Assembly: GCA_963712745.1 (NCBI GenBank) | Contig: CAVQJC010000006.1 | Location: 288,001-352,000, forward strand | Reading direction: 5' to 3' | DNA from: an uncultured Chloroflexia bacterium | GTDB lineage: Bacteria > Chloroflexota > Limnocylindria > Limnocylindrales > CSP1-4 | DNA: 64,000 bases | Shown here: positions 18,274 to 31,755 of the stretch, piece by piece | Layout of the letters: each line of letters opens with the position of its first letter | How positions within the stretch are numbered: the first letter of the stretch is position 1 | The notes under the pieces: model-generated | Databases searched by the model: none | Told to the model about the DNA's origin: nothing | What the model saw: only the letters and a program-made list of their open reading frames with translations | Program-made: the position numbers and the translations under genes

Positions 18274-18717
18274 ATGAGCGTCCAGAACCCACGGGCCTTC
18301 AACGAGTGGCTCCGAGCACAGCTCAAGGCCAAGAAGATGTCGCAGCGCCAGCTGGCGCAGCAGTCAGGCGTGGACCACTCCACGATCTCGCGCCTGCTCC
18401 GGGGTGACCGCACGCCGTCCCTGGGAACGGCCACGAAGCTGGCCAAGGGCCTTCGAGAACTTCGCGACGATACCGATTCGCCACAGTACTTCGGCCTCAC
18501 CTCTTCCTCGAGCACGCATCCGACCGCGCGCGTGGAGTACGCGCTCCGCTCGGATGACCTCATGAGCGAGCCCCAGGTCCGACAGGTCATGGAGTACTAC
18601 CTGGCCTTGCGCATGCGCCGGCTCTCGGTCCGCCAGACGGGTCGCTACGCACCGGTCCGCCCGGTCGCAGCGGTACGCTCGGTGCCGCCGTCCAGCCCGC
18701 CCAACAAGAAGCACTGA
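18274..18717 (+). CDS. XRE-family HTH transcriptional regulator
   Basis: MSQRQLAQQSGVDHSTISRLLRGDRTPSL. Confidence 0.88.
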   Translation: MSVQNPRAFNEWLRAQLKAKKMSQRQLAQQSGVDHSTISRLLRGDRTPSLGTATKLAKGLRELRDDTDSPQYFGLTSSSSTHPTARVEYALRSDDLMSEPQVRQVMEYYLALRMRRLSVRQTGRYAPVRPVAAVRSVPPSSPPNKKH

Positions 18718-18796
18718 CCGGCGGCGGGTCGGCCGCCTCCACGTCGCGTATCCTCGACCACGGCCCTGCCCGCGCCTGCCCGGCGCTGTGCCCCAG

Positions 18797-20005
18797 CTAG
18801 GCCGTGGTCGCTTCCTGCTCGACCGACCCGTCGTCCTCGGCAGCGCCCGCGCCCGGCGCATCCGCGTCGTCATTCGAGGCCGTCGGACGGCCACCCTTGG
18901 TCTTGGGCGAGAGCAGGTAGGCGATGAACCCCAGGATGATGACCGAGAGCACGCTGATGGCCCGGTCCACCAGCGCGATGGCGGCAGCCTCGTTGGGGTC
19001 GGCCTGATAGACCACCGTGAGCAGGCCCACGATACCGGCCTCCACGATGCCCAGGCCGGCCGGCGTGAAGGGTACGGCGGTAAGGAGCGAGGCCACCAGA
19101 GCCACGAAGAACGCGCCGCTGATGCCCAGCGAAATCTCGAAGTCGAGGGCATAGGTCACGAACAGCAGCCGCAGGGCCTCGGTAGTCCAGATGAGCAGCG
19201 TGAGCATCGCGACCATGGGCAGGGTCCGACGGTCGGTCGAGAAGACGCCTTCCTCGAAGCGTTCGTACAGCCCCTTGGCCCGCTCGGGTAGCGGAAGTCG
19301 TTCGACCAGCCGCCGTCCGAAGTTGCGCAGGCTGAAGAGGCCGATGGCGATGATGACCACCACCACGATGCCCAACAGCATGATCAGGCGCACGGTCTCG
19401 TCCAGGCCGGTGCGGAAGGACCAGAAGGCTGCCCCCAGGCCGAGGATGACGATGGCGAAGATGTCGAACATGCGCTCGATGAAGATCGTCCCGAAGGTCG
19501 CTGACAGCGAGACCGGGTAGTTGACCTTCAGCAGCCACGCTCGGTAGACCTCGCCGAGCTTGGCCGGCACGACGCTGTTGACGAGCCAGCTGACGAAGAT
19601 GATCTCCGTGGAGTCACGCACACCCACCCTGGCCCCGATGCCGCGCAGCAGCAGCGACCAGCGGTAGCCGCGCAGCGGGAAGCCGAGGTAGTAGATGACG
19701 AAGGCGGCCAGCAGCCACCAGGGATCAGCGCCGAGGACGTGGCCCACGAGCGTGTCGAGCTCGAACCCCGGCAGAGCGACGGCGAAGAGGATGAGGACGA
19801 TGATCGGGACGATGATCGAGGCCTGGGTCCGGCGGTTGCGCAGGCGATCGGTCAGCGGGACCGCGCCCTCGGAGAGGTCGTCCTGCAGGAGCGGATCTTC
19901 CTTCACCGCATCGCCGACGTCGGGGACCTCGTCGAGAGCGAGCACGAAGGGCTCGGTCCGCTCGCGGATCTCGCGGCCCCCGTCGCCGCCGCTCGGCTCA
20001 CTCAC
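18797..20005 (-). CDS. Lysylphosphatidylglycerol synthase TM / UPF0104 flippase-like protein
   Basis: LRGYRW, NSVVPAKLGEVYR, IERMFD and TPAGLGIVE motifs. The GTG start overlaps the PHP stop. Confidence 0.85.
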   Translation of the reverse strand: MSEPSGGDGGREIRERTEPFVLALDEVPDVGDAVKEDPLLQDDLSEGAVPLTDRLRNRRTQASIIVPIIVLILFAVALPGFELDTLVGHVLGADPWWLLAAFVIYYLGFPLRGYRWSLLLRGIGARVGVRDSTEIIFVSWLVNSVVPAKLGEVYRAWLLKVNYPVSLSATFGTIFIERMFDIFAIVILGLGAAFWSFRTGLDETVRLIMLLGIVVVVIIAIGLFSLRNFGRRLVERLPLPERAKGLYERFEEGVFSTDRRTLPMVAMLTLLIWTTEALRLLFVTYALDFEISLGISGAFFVALVASLLTAVPFTPAGLGIVEAGIVGLLTVVYQADPNEAAAIALVDRAISVLSVIILGFIAYLLSPKTKGGRPTASNDDADAPGAGAAEDDGSVEQEATTA

Positions 20006-20757
20006 GGCGCCCTCTCGGTGCTTCCGCCCGTCGCGCCGGGCCGGATACGCCCGTTGCCCTTGGCGCGGTTGACGAGCTTGGCCAGCGGCGTCCACAGACG
20101 CACGTAGTACGAGGCGCGGCCGGTCATCAGCTCGGCGTCGGGCAGCAGGGCACGCAGTTCCTCGGCAGTGCTGAACGGTCCCGGCAGCACCGTCGTGGCG
20201 ATACCCAGCTCGGTGAGGCTGTGGGCATCCGAGGAGGCCACGCCGGGCAGCCCCCGGCGTTCGGCGAACGCTCCCGCGAGCGGGTTGGCATCCCGGTAGG
20301 CACGGGCGTTGTGCGTCTCCACGTAGTCAACGATACCGGCCAACTCCTCGAGCTTCTGGTCGACCTCACCGGCCTGACTGCCGCCGGAGCTGCGGAAGCT
20401 GTCGAACGGGTGGGGCAGGCCCACCAGGCCGCCCTGCTCGCGGATGGCTGCCGCGGTCTCGACCGCGGAGAGCCCCGGGGGCACGAGGTCGCGCAGGAAC
20501 AGACCAAGCATGTCGCCGTCGGCAGAGCGGATCTCCTCACCCACGATGACCTGCAGGCCAGGCGGCGCAGACTCCGCGGCTTTTCGTGCGCCGTCGATAC
20601 GCTCGTGATCGGTGATGGCCAGGTGGGTCAAGCCCAGGCTCACGGCCTTGGCCATCATCTTGCGCGGGTCGGCGAGCGAGTCGAAGGAGGCGGAGCTGTG
20701 GGTGTGCAGGTCGACGAACGAGCGGCGCCCGGCGGAGGAGCCCGCTGCGTCGGACAT
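20002..20757 (-). CDS. PHP-domain phosphoesterase
   Basis: DLHTHS, AITDHE, GEE, PHPF and SSDAH motifs. Confidence 0.9.
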   Translation of the reverse strand: MSDAAGSSAGRRSFVDLHTHSSASFDSLADPRKMMAKAVSLGLTHLAITDHERIDGARKAAESAPPGLQVIVGEEIRSADGDMLGLFLRDLVPPGLSAVETAAAIREQGGLVGLPHPFDSFRSSGGSQAGEVDQKLEELAGIVDYVETHNARAYRDANPLAGAFAERRGLPGVASSDAHSLTELGIATTVLPGPFSTAEELRALLPDAELMTGRASYYVRLWTPLAKLVNRAKGNGRIRPGATGGSTERAP

Positions 20758-20759
20758 GC

Positions 20760-21749
20760 CTAGACCTTCTGGACCAGCGACGACTTGAAGAAGTCGAAAT
20801 GCTCCATGGCCAGGCCGGTGCCCAGGGCCACGCAGTTGAGCGGGTTCTCGGCCACGTGACAGGGCACGCCCGTGACCTGCGTCAGGAGGCGGTCCATATT
20901 GCGCAACAGGGCCCCGCCGCCAGTCATGACCATGCCCTTGTCGATGATGTCGCTGGCCAGCTCGGGCGGGGTCTGCTCGAGTACCGCCCGCACGGCCGTG
21001 ACGACCTGCTGCAGCGGTTTCTCCATGGCCTCCATGACCTCCGAGCTCGTCAGCGGGATAGTCCGGGGCAAGCCGGCGACGAGGTCGCGTCCTCGCACAT
21101 CGAGGGTGAGCTCGCGCTCGAGCGGCAGGGCCGTGCCGATGGCGATCTTGACCTCCTCGGCGGTGCGCTCACCGATCATGAGGTTGTACTTGCGGCGGAT
21201 ATAGCCGGCGATGGCCTCGTCGAAGCGGTTGCCGCCAACGCGTAGGGAGCGGCTGACCACGATCCCACCGAGGGCCACCACCGCGATCTCGCTGGTGCCG
21301 CCGCCGATATCGATGACCATGTTCCCCGAGGCGCCCGAGATGGGCACGTTGGCGCCGATGGCGGCTGCCAGCGGCTCCTCGATGAGGTAGGCCTCCCGAG
21401 CTCCTGCCTTGAGCGCGGCATCGCGCACCGCGCGCTTTTCCACGCTGGTTACCCCGGAGGGCACGCAGACCATGACATCCGGTTTGGTGAAGGTGCGCCC
21501 GGCCTTGCGGATGAAGTAGCGCAGCATCGCCTCGGTGATGACGTAGTCGGCGATCACACCGTCTTTCATGGGCCTGATGGCCGAGATGTTGTCTGGAGTG
21601 CGGCCGATCATCTCGCGCGCCTCTTCGCCCACGGCCACGATGTGGTTGCTCTCGCTGATGGCTACCACCGAGGGCTCGCGGATGACGATGCCCTTGCCCT
21701 TGACGTACACGAGCACGTTGGCCGTGCCCAGGTCGATCCCGATCTTCAT
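20760..21749 (-). CDS. mreB: Rod shape-determining protein MreB/Mbl
   Basis: [21 protein letters not shown] and TGGGALL motifs. Confidence 0.96.
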   Translation of the reverse strand: MKIGIDLGTANVLVYVKGKGIVIREPSVVAISESNHIVAVGEEAREMIGRTPDNISAIRPMKDGVIADYVITEAMLRYFIRKAGRTFTKPDVMVCVPSGVTSVEKRAVRDAALKAGAREAYLIEEPLAAAIGANVPISGASGNMVIDIGGGTSEIAVVALGGIVVSRSLRVGGNRFDEAIAGYIRRKYNLMIGERTAEEVKIAIGTALPLERELTLDVRGRDLVAGLPRTIPLTSSEVMEAMEKPLQQVVTAVRAVLEQTPPELASDIIDKGMVMTGGGALLRNMDRLLTQVTGVPCHVAENPLNCVALGTGLAMEHFDFFKSSLVQKV

Positions 21750-21758
21750 GTGGGCCGG

Positions 21759-23081
21759 CTAGCGAGCCGGATCCTGCTCGATGCGGGCGCCGAGGTCGAG
21801 CAGCTTGCCTTCGATGCCTTCGTAGCCGCGGCGCACGTGATGGACGCCGTGGATCGTGGAATGGCCCTGCGCCGCGAGGGCGCCGAGGATGAGCGAGGCC
21901 CCGGCCCGCAGGTCGCCGACCTCGACCTCCGCGCCCTGCAACTGGGAGGGGCCGCTGATGACCGCATGATGAGCATCCTGGATCTCTGCATTCGCACCCA
22001 TGAGGCCAAGATCGGTGAGCCACTCCAAGCGGTCCTCGTAGATGGTCTCATGGACCGTGCTCCGGCCGCGTGCCTGTGTCAGCAGCACCCCGGTGGGTGG
22101 CTGCAGGTCCGTGGCCAGACCGGGGTAGGCCCCGGTCTCGATGTCGGTGGCGCTGTAGCCTCCCAACCCGGCTCCGCGCACGGTGATGCGATCACCCTCG
22201 CCGCGGACTTCGACGCCGACCTGCTCGAGCACGTCGAGGAAGGCGCCGAGGTGGGCGCCCGGCGCGCCGCTGAGGGTGACTTCACCACCGGTGATGGCCG
22301 CAGCCACCGCGAACGTGCCGGCCTCGATGCGGTCGGCGATGACATGGTGGGTAGCTCCGCGCAGGCGGCGGCGACCCTCGACCTCGATGACGTCGGGGGC
22401 GGTGCGCTCGACCTCCGCACCCATCGACTGCAGCAGCCGGATGAGGTCGTCGATCTCAGGCTCGCGAGCGGCCGGTCGGATGGTCGTGTGGCCGTCCGCG
22501 AGTGTGGCCGCGAGTAGGGCGTTCTCGGTGCCCATGACCGTGACATGCGGGAAGCCCACCTCGCCACCGCGCAGGCGGCCGGGAGCCTGGGCGAAGTAGT
22601 AGCCGTTGCGGTAATCGATGGTGGCACCCAGCGCCTCCATCGCCTCCACATGCAGATCCACCGGACGCCGGCCGATGCGGTCGCCGCCAGGGTTGCTGAT
22701 GATGACCTTGCCGAGACGGGCCAACAGCGGACCAAGCAGGATGAAGCTGGCGCGCATGCGTGCGGCTGCCTCGAGCGGCACGAAGTTCCAGTCGATGTCG
22801 CCGGCGCTGACCTCGTAGGTGTTGGGCTCGGGGTGCTCGACCACCACGCCGAGGTCGCTCAGCACCTCCGCCATCAGGGAGACGTCGGCGATCTCAGGCA
22901 CATTCGTGAAACGGCAGCGCTCACCCGTAAGCGTGGCCGCGGCCAGCAGCTTGAGTGCCGCGTTCTTGGAGCCGCTGATGGGCACCTCGCCGCGCAGGGC
23001 CAGACCACCCTCGATACGAATCGTCTCATCGGGGACGACCGGGGCCTGGTACTCCCAGTGGAAGGGCCGAGTGGCTGCCAT
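21759..23081 (-). CDS. murA: UDP-N-acetylglucosamine 1-carboxyvinyltransferase
   Basis: SGSKNAAL, MRAS, PGGDRIGRRPVDLH, DRIEAGT, DLRAG and RGYE motifs. Confidence 0.96.
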   Translation of the reverse strand: MAATRPFHWEYQAPVVPDETIRIEGGLALRGEVPISGSKNAALKLLAAATLTGERCRFTNVPEIADVSLMAEVLSDLGVVVEHPEPNTYEVSAGDIDWNFVPLEAAARMRASFILLGPLLARLGKVIISNPGGDRIGRRPVDLHVEAMEALGATIDYRNGYYFAQAPGRLRGGEVGFPHVTVMGTENALLAATLADGHTTIRPAAREPEIDDLIRLLQSMGAEVERTAPDVIEVEGRRRLRGATHHVIADRIEAGTFAVAAAITGGEVTLSGAPGAHLGAFLDVLEQVGVEVRGEGDRITVRGAGLGGYSATDIETGAYPGLATDLQPPTGVLLTQARGRSTVHETIYEDRLEWLTDLGLMGANAEIQDAHHAVISGPSQLQGAEVEVGDLRAGASLILGALAAQGHSTIHGVHHVRRGYEGIEGKLLDLGARIEQDPAR

Positions 23082-23106
23082 CAGGACCTAGTCTCGGCTA
23101 TCTGGC

Positions 23107-23535
23107 CTAACGGCGCTGCCGGGGCCCCTCGCGGTGCCGGCGCTCGGCGACGCGGATACGCAGCAGCGCCCGCTCCATGGCAGCCCGGGCACGCGCCAGG
23201 TCGTCCGGTTCGTCGAACCCGGCAGCGATGGCCCGCTCGGCCTCGTTGCGCGCCTCCTCGGCGGCTTCGAGGTCGATCTCCGCAGCGAGGTCGGCCAGCT
23301 CGGCCATGACCACGACCTTGTCGGGTCGCACCTGCACGAACCCGCCGGCGATGGCGAAGTACTCCACCTCGCCGCCCTTCTGGATGCGCAGCTCGCCCAC
23401 GCCGAGCATCGAGAGCAGCGGCGCGTGGTGGGGTAGCACACCGAACTCGCCCTCCGTGCCGGGGCAGTAGACCGCATCGACCATGTCCGAGTAGGTCTCG
23501 CGCTCGGGAGTCACGATCTCCAGCTGGAGCGGCAT
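23107..23535 (-). CDS. atpC: ATP synthase F1 epsilon
   Basis: EIVTPE and GEFGVLPHHAP motifs. Confidence 0.95.
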   Translation of the reverse strand: MPLQLEIVTPERETYSDMVDAVYCPGTEGEFGVLPHHAPLLSMLGVGELRIQKGGEVEYFAIAGGFVQVRPDKVVVMAELADLAAEIDLEAAEEARNEAERAIAAGFDEPDDLARARAAMERALLRIRVAERRHREGPRQRR

Positions 23536-23576
23536 GGCCTAGCCCTCCTCCCCTGCTCGCGGACGGGTTGCCATCG

Positions 23577-25884
<2,308 letters not shown>

Positions 25885-25932
25885 GAGCTGGTGGCTTCCT
25901 CCTGTTGGGGGACGGCGTCGGCCGTCGCTCGG

Positions 25933-27465
<1,533 letters not shown>

Positions 27466-27485
27466 GCGTGTTCCTTCTGGCGGCG

Positions 27486-28031
27486 TCAGCTAGCGATGGT
27501 CGAGAGGTGGGAGCGGAGTCGTTCGAGGCGGCCGCGAGCGGAGCCGTCGATGAGCTGGTCGCCCACGCGTACGGCGAGCCCACCGAGCAGGGCCGGGTCG
27601 ACTTCCTGGTGGAGCTCGATGCGTTTGCCGGTGAGGGTCTCGAGGCGGCCCTGGAGAGCCTCCATCTCGGCAGCATCGAGCGTGCTGGCGGAGGTCGCGG
27701 TGGCCTCCACGATGCCCTCGCGCAGCCGGTAGAGGCGCATGAACTCCCGGATGACCGTGGGCAGCTGCTCGAAGCGGCCCCGGCGGACGAGGAGCGCGAG
27801 CAGATTGCCCTGGCGGCCACTCACGTCGTCGCCGAGGATGCGCTTGAGGACATCTACGCGCGAGGCTGCGGGCACAGCCGGATTCGAAAGCAGGCGCACG
27901 ACCTGGCTGTCGGTCAGGCGCTCATCGGCCACGACGAACGCCGCCAGCCAGGCCTCCATCGAGTCGTCGCGTTCAGCGATCTCGAAGGCGGCCGCCGCGT
28001 AGCGGCGAGCCGTGCTACGGGCTAGCGCCAT
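27486..28031 (-). CDS. atpH: ATP synthase F1 delta
   Basis: ARRYAAA and [16 protein letters not shown] motifs. Confidence 0.95.
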   Translation of the reverse strand: MALARSTARRYAAAAFEIAERDDSMEAWLAAFVVADERLTDSQVVRLLSNPAVPAASRVDVLKRILGDDVSGRQGNLLALLVRRGRFEQLPTVIREFMRLYRLREGIVEATATSASTLDAAEMEALQGRLETLTGKRIELHQEVDPALLGGLAVRVGDQLIDGSARGRLERLRSHLSTIAS

Positions 28032-28056
28032 GCACCACCCGCGTCGATGTGTGGCA

Positions 28057-28647
28057 TCAGTTGCGAGCGTCTCCGGCTGGAGCCTCAGCCGAGACCTGGG
28101 TCAGGAACTCGTCCACGAGCCGCTTTTCGCGGTCGTCGCTCATGGTCTCACCCACGACCTTGCCGGCAGCGGCCAGAGCCAATTCTGCGACCTGGCCACG
28201 AACGTCGGCGAGGGCGCGCTTGCGCTCGGCGTCGATCTCGGCGACAGCGCGCTCGCGCAGGCGGTCGATCTCCGCCTGTGTCTCGGCGACGCCCTTCTCA
28301 CGCTCATCGTCCGCGACCTTCTGGGCACGCTGGACGATCTCGCTGGCCTCCTTGCGGGCCTCGTTGAGTAGCGCCTGCCGCTGGTCGGCTGCGGCCTCAC
28401 GGTCGCGCCGGGCTGCGTCGGCATCCTTGAGCCCCTGCTCGATGCGCTCGCGCCGCTCGGCCAGCCGCTCGCCGAGCGGCTCGATGACGATCTTCCAGGC
28501 AAGCAGGAAGAAGACGGCGAAGTTGGCGCCGGCCACGATGACCCAGAACAGGTTGACGGTGAGCCCGCCCCCTTCCTCACCACCCGATTCGGCGGCGAGC
28601 ACGGGTAGTGCCTCGGTCAGGCCCTGTGCGACGGCCAGGAGTTCCAC
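28057..28647 (-). CDS. atpF: ATP synthase F0 subunit b
   Basis: TM (NFAVFFLL) followed by a long charged coiled coil; operon position. Confidence 0.93.
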   Translation of the reverse strand: MELLAVAQGLTEALPVLAAESGGEEGGGLTVNLFWVIVAGANFAVFFLLAWKIVIEPLGERLAERRERIEQGLKDADAARRDREAAADQRQALLNEARKEASEIVQRAQKVADDEREKGVAETQAEIDRLRERAVAEIDAERKRALADVRGQVAELALAAAGKVVGETMSDDREKRLVDEFLTQVSAEAPAGDARN

Positions 28648-28668
28648 AGCTACGACGTACCCGACTGT

Positions 28669-29067
28669 CTAGGCGACGAAGACGAGGGCCAGGGCCACGA
28701 CCAGCGCGATGATGCCGAGACCCTCAGCGAACGCAGCCATGAGGACCGCGACGCTGCGGATCTGGCCAGCGGCGTCGGGGTTGCGGCCGATGGCGCTGGC
28801 AGACATGCCGGCGAGGATGCCGATGGCGAGACCGGGTCCGACGATGCTGATGGCGGCGAGGCCAGCGCCGATAGGTGCGAGGTCGACCGGCTGACTCGCG
28901 GCGGCCGCAGCCTCGGTGGCTTCGGCGGCAAGTGTCGGCGAGACCAACATCAGCAGGGCGATGCCGGTGATAGCGGCCGCGACGATGAGGTAGATGGGCA
29001 GCCTACGCCATCGCCGGCCCTCCGCCGCCGACGCGACTGCCTGGGACATTGCCTGTGCTGCTTGCAT
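28669..29067 (-). CDS. atpE: ATP synthase F0 subunit c with N-terminal extension
   Basis: IGAGLA..GPGLAIG..GRNP..FAEGL; strong AGGAGG upstream of ATG 29067. Confidence 0.92.
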   Translation of the reverse strand: MQAAQAMSQAVASAAEGRRWRRLPIYLIVAAAITGIALLMLVSPTLAAEATEAAAAASQPVDLAPIGAGLAAISIVGPGLAIGILAGMSASAIGRNPDAAGQIRSVAVLMAAFAEGLGIIALVVALALVFVA

Positions 29068-29165
29068 TCCGGGCTTCCTCCTGGTTTGGTGACGCTCGCT
29101 GTGCCGGGCGCCTCGCCCGGTGGTTGGTGTGGTACTGAGGTGGGCTGCTATGCCCGTCTTGGTCT

Positions 29166-30254
29166 CTAGGCGCTGGCGGTGGCCCCCTGTTCCCCGTCCT
29201 TGTAGGCGAACGAATCGGCGGCAAGCGCCTCCCCTTCCTCATGCTCCTCTTCGTGATGGCTCTCGATGGCCGCCAGGATGAAGATCAGGGTCAGGGTGGA
29301 GAAGATGAGTGCCTGGACGAAGGTCAGGATGATCTCCAGTCCGTAGAGCGCGACCGGGATGAGGAGGGCGCCAGCGAGCGCGGTGACGATGGCCAGGGCC
29401 ACCTCACCGCCGTAGATGTTGCCGAAGAGTCGCATCGACAGCGTTATCGGCTTGACGAACTCGAGGATGAGCTCGATCAGGCCCACGAACATGCCGATGA
29501 GCCCCGCGCCGATGCCGCCCTTGAACTCGTAGACAGGGAAGAACCTAGAGAGATAGCCGCCGACGCCAAGTACGCGGAAGCCCTGGAACTGGAAGTAAAG
29601 CCAGGCGAACAGGGCCAGTCCGAGCGTGACGTTGAGGTCGCTGGTAGGGGCGCGCGTGGCCGGCAGGATGCCGATGCCCGGAATCAGGCCGCTCCAGTTG
29701 AAGGCGAGGATGAGCACGAAGAAGGCGGCGAAGATGGGGACGTAGCGCCCGGCCTTGCTGCCACCCATGCCGAAGGACCAGCCGCTCAGCGACTCGTGCG
29801 CCCATTCGGCGAAGTTCTGGAAGAAGCCGGGCACGTCTCCGCGACCGCGAGTAGCCAGTATGAGCACGCCGAGCACGATGGCGGTGATGACGAACATCGT
29901 CACCAGCGTGTCGGTGAGGCTGATCTCGAAGGTCACCAGGCCAGTGTCGCCGTGGCCACCGCCGGCCACCCAGACTTCGTGAGGGCGCGGCAGGTGGAGC
30001 GTGCCGTTGACCAGGCAATTGATGGTGTCGGTCAAGTCACCGGTTTCGAGGCAAGCCTGATCCGGGTTGTCGTAGTCGAAGGGAGCGGTCGGTCCCCACA
30101 GCAGTGCTCCGAGATTGATGACGATGAGGAACACGATCGAGCCGATCAGGAATCTCGTCGAGACGCGGCTCTTCTTGTCCGCGCTGAACTCGATCTGGTC
30201 GTTCGGTTCGTCCGACAGGTTCTGGGCGTCTGCCGGGGCCGGATCGTTGGACAC
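29166..30254 (-). CDS. atpB: ATP synthase F0 subunit a with N-terminal extension
   Basis: NWSGLIP, PTSDLN, KPITLSMRLFGNIYGGE and VQALIF motifs. Confidence 0.95.
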   Translation of the reverse strand: MSNDPAPADAQNLSDEPNDQIEFSADKKSRVSTRFLIGSIVFLIVINLGALLWGPTAPFDYDNPDQACLETGDLTDTINCLVNGTLHLPRPHEVWVAGGGHGDTGLVTFEISLTDTLVTMFVITAIVLGVLILATRGRGDVPGFFQNFAEWAHESLSGWSFGMGGSKAGRYVPIFAAFFVLILAFNWSGLIPGIGILPATRAPTSDLNVTLGLALFAWLYFQFQGFRVLGVGGYLSRFFPVYEFKGGIGAGLIGMFVGLIELILEFVKPITLSMRLFGNIYGGEVALAIVTALAGALLIPVALYGLEIILTFVQALIFSTLTLIFILAAIESHHEEEHEEGEALAADSFAYKDGEQGATASA

Positions 30255-30289
30255 GCTAGCTCCGTTGGGACGGAGCGCCGATGCGTCCG

Positions 30290-30508
30290 TCAGTCATCTA
30301 TCTGCGCGAGGAACCGGCCCAGGATGCGCCAGTCCGCCACAGCCCCCACCAGGATCCCGAGTAGGAACCCGCTGATCACGAGCAGAGGATTGGTGCCCAG
30401 CTGCTGGTCGAGCCAGTGGCCGAGCAGGAGCCCCCCGAACGTCGTCACGAATAGGACGAGCCCGATCTCGCTGAACAGGGCGAAGTATGCGAATGATTTC
30501 CCGTCCAT
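30290..30508 (-). CDS. AtpZ/AtpI (gene 1) family protein
   Basis: GLLLGHWLDQQLGTNP; first gene of the atp operon. Confidence 0.85.
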   Translation of the reverse strand: MDGKSFAYFALFSEIGLVLFVTTFGGLLLGHWLDQQLGTNPLLVISGFLLGILVGAVADWRILGRFLAQIDD

Positions 30509-30534
30509 GTGGGCGCCCCTCGCGGGCGGCTAGG

Positions 30535-30543
30535 AGTATAGCA
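30535..30543 (-). promoter_or_regulatory. Extended -10 promoter of the atp operon (TGCTATACT)
   Basis: TGnTATACT on the minus strand, 26 nt upstream of the atpZ ATG. Confidence 0.6.
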
Positions 30544-30573
30544 GCACGCTCGTGCTGCACCTTTCGGCGCCGC

Positions 30574-31755
30574 TCACCCTGCGGCACCTTCGTCGTCGGC
30601 GGTGGGGGGCAGACCGTCCGGCTCATCGTAGGTCGTGGCCTCCAGTGCCCCGTCGGGACCCACTCGGAAGGTCACCAGCAGGAGCACGATGCCGGAGGCG
30701 ATGACGATGAGCATGAAGGCATAGATCGGGCCCGACCCACCCGACAGGACGAGGCTGAGCACGGCCAGCACGATGGTGAGGGCATAGATGAGGAGCACGG
30801 CCCCCTTGTGCGACAGGCCCAGGTCGAGCAACCGGTGGTGGAAGTGCCCGCGGTCGGGCGTGAAAGGTGAGTGTCCGCTGAGGATGCGCCGGGTGATGAT
30901 CCAGAAAGTGTCGATGATGGGCACGCCCAGGATGAGCAAGGCCACGGCGATCTTGGCCGATCCGAGGATGGCCAGTACCGCCAGCAGGTAGCCCACGACC
31001 ATCACGCCGGTGGTGCCGATGAAGACCCGGGCGGGGTTGAAGTTCCAGGGTAGGTAGCCCAGCAGCGCGCCCGCGAGCACGGCGCAGACGAGCGCGACCA
31101 TGGGCTGATAGGCGGACTGGTAGCCCAGCGAGACGTAGCCCAGCGTCACCGCCGCGACGATGGCCACCCCGGTCGAGAGGCCGTCGAGGCCGTCGATGAA
31201 GTTGATGCTGTTGATCATGCCCACGATCCAGAGTGCTGTGACCAGCCCGGCCCCGATGCCGGCGAAGGTGAGCGTGTCCTCGCCGAAGATGCCGCCGAGG
31301 AAATCGAGCGGGTTGTTGATCTCCAGGATGGTCAGGCCCAGGGCGATGGCGAAGAGGGCCAGCAGCAGCTGGAAGAAGAACTGCCAGCGAGCTCGAATCT
31401 GCCACTTGTCGTCGATGAAGCCAAAGGCGGCTGCCAGCACCGCGCCACCGAAGACCGCCAGCAGTGCACCATCGTCGAGCAGGTAGCGGTCGAGCAACCA
31501 CTGCGGGCCGGAAACGAATAGCCCCAGCTGCCACTGCAGCGCCAGCGCCACGAGCCCGACCAAGACGAAGGCAGCGGCGACTGCCAGGCCGCCCGCTCGG
31601 GGAATCGGCCGTTCGTGGATGCGACGGCCCGAGTCAGGCTCGTCGATGGCCCCGGCGCGCGTGGCCAGGCGCATCGCCAGCGGTGTCAGCAGGTAGGCGA
31701 CGACGGCAGCAGCGGCCCCTACGAGGAGGATCGGCAGCAGCGCCTCGAAGTTCAC
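30574..31755 (-). CDS. WecA/TagO-type polyprenyl-phosphate HexNAc-1-P transferase (MraY family)
   Basis: [38 protein letters not shown] and [10 protein letters not shown] motifs. Confidence 0.92.
   Translation of the reverse strand: MNFEALLPILLVGAAAAVVAYLLTPLAMRLATRAGAIDEPDSGRRIHERPIPRAGGLAVAAAFVLVGLVALALQWQLGLFVSGPQWLLDRYLLDDGALLAVFGGAVLAAAFGFIDDKWQIRARWQFFFQLLLALFAIALGLTILEINNPLDFLGGIFGEDTLTFAGIGAGLVTALWIVGMINSINFIDGLDGLSTGVAIVAAVTLGYVSLGYQSAYQPMVALVCAVLAGALLGYLPWNFNPARVFIGTTGVMVVGYLLAVLAILGSAKIAVALLILGVPIIDTFWIITRRILSGHSPFTPDRGHFHHRLLDLGLSHKGAVLLIYALTIVLAVLSLVLSGGSGPIYAFMLIVIASGIVLLLVTFRVGPDGALEATTYDEPDGLPPTADDEGAAG

Noticed and set aside
28669-28880. Na+-coupled ATP synthase
   Set aside because: The c subunit lacks the Gln and Glu-Ser/Thr Na+ signature (it reads GPGLAIG and FAEGL); consistent with H+ coupling.
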